Shown: positions 44,898 to 53,500 of the stretch, in pieces
Numbering within the stretch: the stretch's first letter is position 1
Layout: each line of letters opens with the position of its first letter
DNA from: a bacterium
GTDB lineage: Bacteria > Patescibacteriota > Minisyncoccia > Phycocordibacterales > Phycocordibacteraceae
Length of the DNA stretch: 64,000 nt
Assembly: GCA_037200965.1 (NCBI GenBank)
Contig: JBBCGK010000001.1
Location: 352,001-416,000, forward strand
Reading direction: 5' to 3'
Notes under the pieces: model-generated
What the model saw: the letters and a program-made list of their open reading frames with translations, nothing else
What the model was told of the DNA's origin: nothing
Database searches by the model: none
Made by a program: the position numbers and the translations under genes

Positions 44898-45800
44898 TTA
44901 GATAAAATATTGCTGAACGGATGCGCGGATGGAGTCGCGCATCGTAACAAACTCGGGATATTGGTAGAAGAAAAGTATCTTCTGGTCTTTTTTGAGCGTA
45001 CCGGCAGGCTTCGCCCGAAGCACGAAGTCGGTGAACGATTCGGCGATGTCTTCCTCGGGACCGCTCGCGCCGTACTTGGTGGTGAAATCGTCGAGGTGCC
45101 GGTTGTAAAACGCGGGCGTCTTCCCTTTCTCCCGCGCCTCGCGCGCGTCCGCCACGTCGCCGGCGCTCCAGAAAGCTTTCACGAACGCGTCGAGATACGA
45201 ATCCTTTTTGGTGCACCCGGCAAGAGAGAGATACCGCCCTGTTTTGGCGCAATAGCGCGGACTCTTTTTCTTGAATTCGACCTGATCCTTATCGAGCGTG
45301 AGGAGATGCGTGTATTCGTGCGTCAGGATGATGGCGGCGTCGCGCACCCATGTCCGGTTCTCGAAGCTGGACGCGTTCGTGTTCACGGCGAGCATCCACG
45401 ACGGCTGCTTGTTGCTTATGCGCGTCACGAACGCGAGCACGGGCTCGTGCGGGAGATTGTAGGTAAGGTAGACGCCGATATGCTGGTAGGTGAAGTCGGT
45501 CCCCGCGATGCCCTCGAATATGTCCCAGACTTTCTGCTCGTTGGTGTCCGTGTTCCTCGTCCACTTGTAGTTCTTATACAGCCGCTGGTTCGCGACCCTG
45601 AACACGTTCACGATGTCCTCTTCGTCATACGGCACTTCCCTGCTCACCTCATTCCCGATGGGAACGTCGAGAGAGGAACGGTCGAACGACCATTCGGTAT
45701 TGGCTGTCGGGACGGCCTGGACTGGCGGGGCCGCCTGGGCGGGCAGCGCCATAAGGAGCGCGAACGGCAGAAGGAGGGCGCTATAGAAAGCCTTTCTCAT
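44898..45800 (-). CDS. secreted HExxH-motif protein (putative zinc metallopeptidase)
   Basis: ATG at 45800 gives the signal peptide MRKAFYSALLLPFALLMALPAQA. Single HEYTH motif (IILTHEYTHLLT). No further family assignment. Confidence 0.5.
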   Translation of the reverse strand: MRKAFYSALLLPFALLMALPAQAAPPVQAVPTANTEWSFDRSSLDVPIGNEVSREVPYDEEDIVNVFRVANQRLYKNYKWTRNTDTNEQKVWDIFEGIAGTDFTYQHIGVYLTYNLPHEPVLAFVTRISNKQPSWMLAVNTNASSFENRTWVRDAAIILTHEYTHLLTLDKDQVEFKKKSPRYCAKTGRYLSLAGCTKKDSYLDAFVKAFWSAGDVADAREAREKGKTPAFYNRHLDDFTTKYGASGPEEDIAESFTDFVLRAKPAGTLKKDQKILFFYQYPEFVTMRDSIRASVQQYFI

Positions 45801-45985
45801 GCCGAACACTATATACCGGGCTGTGGGCGAAATGAAGGCGCGTCTTGCGGAAACGTTAAAGCGTAAAGGAATACGATCGACTGCTAGAAGCCACTAGACG
45901 CTAAAGGCTGTATACAAGCCGTATTGGATCGGTAAGCTATTTCAGTGAACTTTTACATCTGGAAAGTATTGAGTATTTGGTAGCA

Positions 45986-46009
45986 GAAAACCGCCTTTCA
46001 GCGGTTTTC
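45986..46009. terminator. hairpin GAAAACCGC-ctttca-GCGGTTTTC with T-run, in an AT-rich non-coding stretch
   Basis: Perfect 9-bp stem; TTTTCTGGG follows on the plus strand. Confidence 0.4.
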
Positions 46010-46335
46010 TGGGAAGGTGTGGCCGTAATGCGCTGTTTGGTCTTGCCTTAACTCAGTCATTCCTCTGACCTCAAGCTCTCATCGTAGGACAGCTTTTTCC
46101 AAGTCCCCTATTTCTTCTTACGCTTTGTGTCGCCAAGGGCGGCACCTGCGACTGACTTCTGGACTGTACGCTTTTGCGGCTTCTTCAGCAACTTCGATGC
46201 CATACTTGCCACACGTTTGCTCGTGTTTCCCATGATAGTGCTTGCCGAGGAGGATTAGTAGAAGTGACCACCTTCTATCCTCGGTCTCTACATTTTACTC
46301 TTGTAAGAATTTACAGCGAGGTGGATAACTGATTC

Positions 46336-46869
46336 CTACAGGAATGCGATGAAACCCAGTAAACCAAGTCCTACCGCGAGAAGGATGAAGGTTGGAACCA
46401 CACTGAAATTAATATAGCGTCTCTCAGATTTCCTTAGCTCGTCAACAGACTCAAACTGCTGTAGTTTCGGATTCAGAATATTTTTCCTTGAATATACATA
46501 CCTGCCCCGATTCCATGATAGACGTCTCCCATGTCTAAATGTAAAGATGATTGCAAAGAGCGATGCAAGAAACATTGCCAGAGTTAAAAGACCGAAAAAC
46601 AGAGTCCATATACCTTCAAAACCATCTGTATTGATTAGCTTATCCGTCACTTCAAAATAAAGGTAGGTTATGACATATACAATGAGTATGTCAGGCAGCT
46701 TCCTTAGTGAGATATATGCTATGTATCCGTACCCAAAGGGAGAGATGGTCCATCCTTTAATATATTTCAGATCATTATCTGAAAGCTGATTCTCATTTCT
46801 TACCTGCTTTCTTTCAAACCATGTAAAGCTTGACAGGTATTCGCGAGTCTCCTTAAATCCAAATTTCAT
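46336..46869 (-). CDS. hypothetical membrane protein (177 aa, 2 TM) in AT-rich island downstream of RHS toxin
   Basis: About 33% GC. Hydrophobic helices LPDILIVYVITYLYF and IWTLFFGLLTLAMFLASLFAIIFTF plus FILLAVGLGLLGFIAFL. Candidate orphan immunity protein. Confidence 0.45.
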   Translation of the reverse strand: MKFGFKETREYLSSFTWFERKQVRNENQLSDNDLKYIKGWTISPFGYGYIAYISLRKLPDILIVYVITYLYFEVTDKLINTDGFEGIWTLFFGLLTLAMFLASLFAIIFTFRHGRRLSWNRGRYVYSRKNILNPKLQQFESVDELRKSERRYINFSVVPTFILLAVGLGLLGFIAFL

Positions 46870-46973
46870 AACCTGCTTAAATTCACTTCACTATAATAAA
46901 TCCTTGTCAGGATTAATTCCGCTAAGATTAATTTCCTCTAGGTCAATCTGAAAAGCTCTTGCTTGCTGTTGCA

Positions 46974-47309
46974 TTAGAGAAATAATCTCATATACAGCCA
47001 TCTGGTAGCCTCTGTCATAGTCTGTAGTCTCCGTATTGATTTTCTTATTGGAATTTCGCCAAGTTTGTATTCAATAATGTCGCCAGTACCTGGAAGTGCA
47101 AATTCCTCAAGTAAGAATCGAGGAATATAGTGATGATTCGATTGTTCGTAATCATTGATATAAACTCCTTTTTGTAGGATTCCATATATATAAAATACTA
47201 CTTTAGATAAAAGACGACTTCTTATCCTCCTATTTAGCATTACCATGATTAGCTTATTTGCTAATCTAAGTCTCGCGATGTTTATACGCTTTACTAGCAC
47301 CGATATCAT
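46974..47309 (-). CDS. hypothetical protein fragment (weak DUF4238-like HHYIPRF N-terminal motif)
   Basis: AT-rich ORF. NHHYIPRFLLEEF resembles the N-terminal motif of DUF4238 proteins (recalled, not verifiable here). Low-complexity basic N-terminus. May be a gene remnant. Confidence 0.25.
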   Translation of the reverse strand: MISVLVKRINIARLRLANKLIMVMLNRRIRSRLLSKVVFYIYGILQKGVYINDYEQSNHHYIPRFLLEEFALPGTGDIIEYKLGEIPIRKSIRRLQTMTEATRWLYMRLFL

Positions 47310-47332
47310 TAAGTAGGGACTGTTAGGTCTTT

Positions 47333-47542
47333 CTAGACACTAAGTGCTGTATACAAGCCATACAAGCCAATAACTATAAAGAATAGAGCGGATAATCTGA
47401 TCATTACCAGCATCCACTTTGGTTCTTGATTATTTTTTATAGAATAGACACTGCGTGTAAAATTCCAAATTACACCAGGATTTACAATCGATAGGAGACC
47501 GGCGATAAGAAAAATAGAATTTAATATTATTTGAGAAGTCAT
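47333..47542 (-). CDS. small 2-TM membrane protein, candidate immunity protein for the RHS C-terminal toxin
   Basis: 69 aa: MTSQIILNSIFLIAGLLSIVNPGVIW...MLVMIRLSALFFIVIGLYGLYTALSV. Starts 5 nt after the RHS stop. AT-rich. Confidence 0.5.
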   Translation of the reverse strand: MTSQIILNSIFLIAGLLSIVNPGVIWNFTRSVYSIKNNQEPKWMLVMIRLSALFFIVIGLYGLYTALSV

Positions 47543-47546
47543 ATAG

Positions 47547-50500
47547 TTATCTGTTATTTTTAACCTTATTTTTTGTCTCGGTCGTTGTTGGCTTCGTTGT
47601 AGCTGGTGTTGTCGGAGCAGGCGCGGTTTGAATCATACTTCCAGGAATGATTGGGACATGGACTGTATAGGTTTGCGATACTGCTGCTCCAACGCCAATT
47701 TGCAGGTTATGACTGCTTGAAACATCTTGTTTTGGACCTGTAGCATTAGTTCCATCCTTTACGTTAACAGTTGCTGATTTCGAGTATTTATACCCCACCC
47801 CTACTGCGCCGCCCACACTTTGTTCAACCTGCACCTCAGCGTTTTTTGGCATAGAACCTGATGAGAACCCTCCACCTATCTTTGCTTCCGCTCCAAGCGA
47901 AGGTCCTCCGCCGGCAACTGCGTTAACTCCTTGGTCACTTGCTTCAAAACCTATCTGCACATTGAAGAATCCATATGTTAGACCTCCATTGATATAAACA
48001 TACCAATTACCAGACGGATCCTTATTAATTATTGGATTATTTCGGACATAACTATAGCTATTCAAAGTTTGAGGATCCATCAGAATCTGATTCAATTCTT
48101 GCTGTGTTAGTTCCTTTACCTTCTTTGCATCTCCCATAGCCAAGAAAGATGGGTCTTGTGATAGAAACTGTCCACGTCCCCCGTCGTAATAACGTGCATT
48201 TAGATACGACAAATCAGACTCGTCATCATGGAACTGCCCGATGAAAGTCCGCCCGAGATCGACGGCTCCCGCATCGACCCTCTCGCTCCCGTACGGATAG
48301 TAGTCGAGGGTCTTCGCAAGCTGGCCCGCATCGTCCGAGACGACGTTCGTCGAGCCCAGGTGGTCGGGATGCATATAGCTCGTGGTGGTGGCGGAGCCGT
48401 TTCCTTCGATCGCGGCGACAAGCCCGTCTCCCGCCCAGATATACGCCGTAGTGGTCGCGCCTTGTAGTTCGAAGTATTTATTCGGGTACAGAGTGGCGAT
48501 GCCGCCAGAAACCTTCGCGGCCCTGTTGCCGACATGGTCATAGGCATAGGTGGTGGTCGCGGACCCATCACTTGAAGCGGCGAGGCGGTTGCGGTAATCC
48601 CAGGCGAACGAATCGGGACCGTGGGCGACGACGTTCCCGTCGTTGTCGTAGGAGAGGGTCGTGGACGCGACGGAGGTCGGCGCATGGGGATTCGCGTAGC
48701 CGGTCCCGGCATAGGCATAGGAGCCCTGGCCGGACTTGCCCGTAAGGTTGCCGATGGCGCTGTAGCCGTAGGTCTCGCGATACGGCAGAGATGCGGCGGC
48801 GGTCGTCGAGGCGACCGTCAGGCGGTCGAGATCGTCATAGGCGAACACCGCGCTTTTCGCCGCCTGCGTGTCGGAATAGTCATCGATGCCGGTAACATTC
48901 CCCACGGCGTCATAGGTGAAATAGATGTCCTGGATCGTCGTACCCGACGGCGGCGTTCCGATCACGTAGCTTGCGGCGGCGCTCCAGTCGCTGTCCACGT
49001 CGTGGTCGTCCCATACCCGCATCCGCCAGTAGTACGGGATGCCAGCCGCAAGCGCGTCCCCCGCATAGGTAATGTCCTCCGTGCGCGTGCCGGGGGCGGT
49101 GGAGCTCGCAAACGGCGCCTTCGCGCTGTCCCAAACCGGAGCGCTCCAAGCGCCCGTCGAGGTCGCCACCTGTATCTGGAAATACCGCGCGGAATCGCCG
49201 GAGTCCGGATCGGCATACACCGCGGAGAACTCGGGGAAATAATCCGTGATCCCGGCCGGGTTCGTAAGCCCTTCGGTCAGGAGCGAGGCGGGCGCGCCCG
49301 GCGGAAAGGACACGGGAATCTCGAAGCTCGCCACGGAACTCCACTCGCTTTGCGTATCGGCATCCCAAAGCTTGATCCGCCAATAATACGGCGTGGACGA
49401 GGCGAGGGCCGGTCCCGCGTATGAGATGTCCGGTATGCGCATGCCGGACGGCGTCGAGCTTGCAAGGGCCGTCATGCCAGTGTCCCAATAGACGCTTGAG
49501 AACGCGCTTGAGGCGGCGAGCTGGATCCGGTATGCGAGGGCCAGATCGCCCGCGTCCGCGTCCGTAAAGAGGGCCGAAAACTCCGGCGTAAGGTCGGTGA
49601 CGTGCACGGGATCCGTCTGCCCTTCGGTAAGAAGGGCCGTCGGCCCGGCAGGAGCCGTGTCGTAGACAACGACGAGCTTCGGATCGTGGCCCGTACCCGT
49701 ATCGTCCGCCGAAGCGAAATTCGCGACGAGTTCGGTCGCGTCGGTGGGAGCGATATTGTTGAAGTCGTTATACGTCCGGACGGAAAGCTTCGTGACGCCG
49801 GTCCTCGAAATGGAAGCCAGCCCGTTCGCGTTAAGCGCGATCGGTTCGTACGTGTTGCCGGCATACGTTCCGTCGCTTACGCCATAGGACGTGCTGCCGA
49901 TCATGTCGAAGTCCTGGCTTACGAGGCTCGCAGCGGACGAAGGCGAAGAAGAAGCGACATAGAGCCGTTTCTCGGAGCCGCCCGCCGTGACGCCGGTCAT
50001 GTAAAGGCTGAGGGTCGCGTCGATGACCGGAACGCTGTCGGGAAGCGAGGACGTGTCGAAAAGAAGGAACCCGCGCCTGATGCCGTAGTCAAGCGCCCCG
50101 GAAGCGACCCCGAGCTCGTCGCTCACGATGATCTCAGCAGCGTCGGAATTGGCGTTGATACCGTTCGTCGCGTTATGAACCGAGTTCCAGTTCGAGCTGT
50201 GATCCTTATACACGTATCCGTCGACCGACGACGTCTCGGGGTCAGGGTCGGGATAGAACGTACCTGTGTCCGCGCGCGCTCTTTTGGGGAACAGGAAGCC
50301 GACGATCGCTTCAAGGATGCCGGGGCTCCCGCCCTGCGCCCGTTTCTGGGCTTCATAGGAGTCCGCGGTGGTGATGCCGTAATCGGCGACCCACCACCCG
50401 CCTTTTTCGTCTTCGTAATACTGGGGATCGCCGGAAACGATTTCGGCGACGAACGTGTTCGGCTTGTCGGTCGCGAAAACGCGCGCGTGCTTGGTTCGCT

Positions 50501-53500
50501 GGCTTTTAATCTCTCCTTTCACCGCCACGCCCGCTGCCTTTGCCCGCGCCCGGGTCTCCTCGCTTGCCGGAAGATCGTCCACGTTCTCGTCCGTCCGGTA
50601 GGCATAGCGGACGATGCCGTCCGAAATTTCCCTGGTGCCAAGATGCCGGTCAACCGGCGCGCGCAACCGGAGCTCCGGCGCGTCGAATGGAAGCGCCTTC
50701 AGGGAAGCGTACGAGTCCCCGTCCGGTGCCGCTCTCTCATCCGTCGTGGTCGAGGCCGTTTCGCCAACTGCCGCTTCCGGAACGAGCGATTCCCCGAGAG
50801 GCTGCGTAGTCGAGGCCGCACGGGACTCCGTTTCCGGAACCTCCTCCGTCGTAGCGGCTCCTTCTTCCGGCGAGATCGCATCATGCCCGTCGAGATCGGA
50901 AGGAACGATCGGCTCGACGGACGCTTCTTCGCCAGCCTCTTCCTGGCCCATACCCAAAAACGCGAGCAGATACGGACTGTTCGACGCAAGCGCGAGACGG
51001 CCGTTTCGTATGCCAAGCAATTTCCCGAAAGCGCCCGCCTGCTCCGAGTCTTCGCCATCTCCATCCGTGCGGAGAGAATCTCCCGCCTGGGGAAGGACCG
51101 TGCGGATGTTCGTGAGCCGATAGAGCTGGTCCGCCGCGTAGGTGTAGGAACTCTCGGTTCCGTTCCCCAGCGCCGCATACTTGACCTTCCCGGTCGGCGC
51201 ATAATCGAAGTCGCTCACGACATCGGCAAAAGTCCCCGCTTCTCCCTGCCGCTGTGCGATCCTCTCGAGCTGCCCGGCGCTGTTGTATGTGTACCGGGCC
51301 TGTATCCCGTTCGGATATCCGAGCGTCGCAAGGTTCCCGAGCCGGTCGTACCCGTACCGCGTTATCGCGGATACGCCGCCGATAGTGTCGGTTTCCGTCT
51401 CCATCCGCCCGAGCGGATCGTATGCGAAAGCCGCCGTCGTTTCGGTCGTCGATGCCGTGCAGAGAAGTCCCTTTCCTTCCGTACAGGCGTCATAGGTATA
51501 GGCGACCTCGATACTTGGGCTCCCGGCGAAATCTTCGGCGAGGGGCCGGTTGAGATCGTCATAGGTGAATACCGTCGTCTGCCCCTTCGGATCGGTCGAG
51601 GATGCCAGATTCCCGGAAGCATCGTAGTTGTATGACCAGATGCCGTAGGTCGCGTCCGCGCCCGCATGGAGGTCTGTCGCGCTCAGGCGGCGGCCGAGGC
51701 CGTCATAAGCAAAGTCGCGGATATTCCCCTGCGCGTCCGTTATCTTCGTCAGGTTCTTATTGCCGTCGTACTCATACGCGGTCGTCTGCGAGCTCCCGCC
51801 GACATGCTCGACAACTGACGCCAAATTCCCGTAAGCATCCTTGACGAGATCCTTCGCGCGCCCGAGCGCGTCGGTGACGGTCGTTTTCCAGTCGTCATAG
51901 GCGTATTCCGTCTCCCCGACGGCGTTCTCGACCGAACTCACGCGCTTCAGCGGATCGTACGCATAGCGCGTGCGAAGCGGGAGGGCGGGCGGCGAGCTGG
52001 TGCCGGTGAAACCGGTCCCGGAGGCGAAGTAGGGCTGGGATTCGCTTACGAGAAGCCCGCGTCCGTCGTACGCGAACGTGCGTACCGCGTACCGGTTCGA
52101 TCCTTCGGCTTCGGCAAGCTCTTCGACTTTCCTGCCGAAACCGTCGAAGTACGTATAGGAATCGGCCGAAACGGCGTCGTCGAGATAGTCGGTCCGCTTG
52201 GCGCGGCGCGGCATCCCGGTATCGGTATAGGCATACGCGCTTTTCATAACCAGCGCCGAAGGCTCCTCCGTGTCCGGCTGCCACTCTTCGAGCACCCGGT
52301 CGAGCGGATCATACACGGTATGGTACGTCCGGCCGTTCGGATTCGTCGTCTGCCGCGGCTTGCCCGAGGAATAGTCGTAGAGATACGCGGTGCTCTGCCC
52401 GAGCGCATTGGTAGTCGTCGCCGGATACAAGCCATAGGGATCGTACTCGTAGATCGTCTGCTTATCGCGCGGATCCTTTTCGGTGAGTACGAGCCCGCGG
52501 GCGTCGTAGGTTTTTTCGGTATCGATCGTCGTCGAAGCCGCGATCCATGACTCCTGCTTGGTCAGGTTCCCCCTGTTCAGTGAACCGAAAGAAAGCGCGT
52601 CATAGTAGTTTTTCGTCTCCCGCACCGTCGAGCTTGCCTGATCCGTACGCGTCTCTCGCGACAGAAGCGAGAAGGGCGCGGTGGAGCTTGCCGCGTAGGC
52701 ATACGCGGTCGTGAACTTGTCCGTGCCGGTATCGGCAAACGAGCCGTCCGCGCCCGCATTCACCCTTCCCCATTCGACCTTCTGCGTCAGGTTTCCGGCC
52801 CCGTCGTCATACGCGTACGTCTCGGCCTTGTCCGCATGGTCGGAATCCCCGTCGTAGTCGAGCACCGTCATTTGGGTCTTCCTGACGAAGTCCGCCTTCC
52901 CGCCCCGGTTATAAGTTTCCCATTTGTCCACTTCAAGCGAATACAGATGCCCCGCGTCGTCGTACGACTCGCTGCGGTACGCCTTCCCGATCTTCGACTG
53001 GTCGTCGAGATATTCCCCGGTCGAGGTCGCCGAGGCGTCGCCCTGATGGAAGAAGGTTTTCGTAACGTTCCCGGCGGCATCCGTCTTCGTGGTCGTCCCG
53101 AATCCGGCGATGCGCCGGTCGAAGGGGCTGCCAAAATAATACCTGCCGCCCGCATACGCGTAGGAATCGGTCGAAGTCGCCCCGATACCGGCATACCTGC
53201 TTATGCCCTCCGCAGTCTCGAGGTTCACCGGAAGCCCGGGATTGAGCATGGCACCGCCCGCGCCCCGATAGCTTGCGGAAGACTTGTACGACGCGGTAAT
53301 GGCCCCGCCCGCGGGCTCGACGACGCGCGTGAGCAGATCGGCCATGCCTCCGGTGCCGAGATAGACGAAGTTGTAGTTGTGATAATAGCTGCCGCCGATG
53401 GTACCCGAGGTGATGAAATCCACGGGGCCGTTCCCGTCCGCTTCCCCGATGCGCGTTCCGGCATCGAGACCGTTCGCAATGAACGGCGCGGGAAGCGTTC

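Noticed and set aside
46130-46264. 44-codon minus-strand ORF (MGNTSKRVASMASKLLKKPQKRTVQKSVAGAALGDTKRKKK) in the AT-rich non-coding stretch
   Set aside because: No ribosome-binding site or conservation evidence. Possibly a remnant of an orphan cassette, but not supportable as a gene.
49602-51635. 677-aa plus-strand ORF inside the RHS gene
   Set aside because: Antisense shadow. The RHS reading frame carries YD-repeat motifs throughout.
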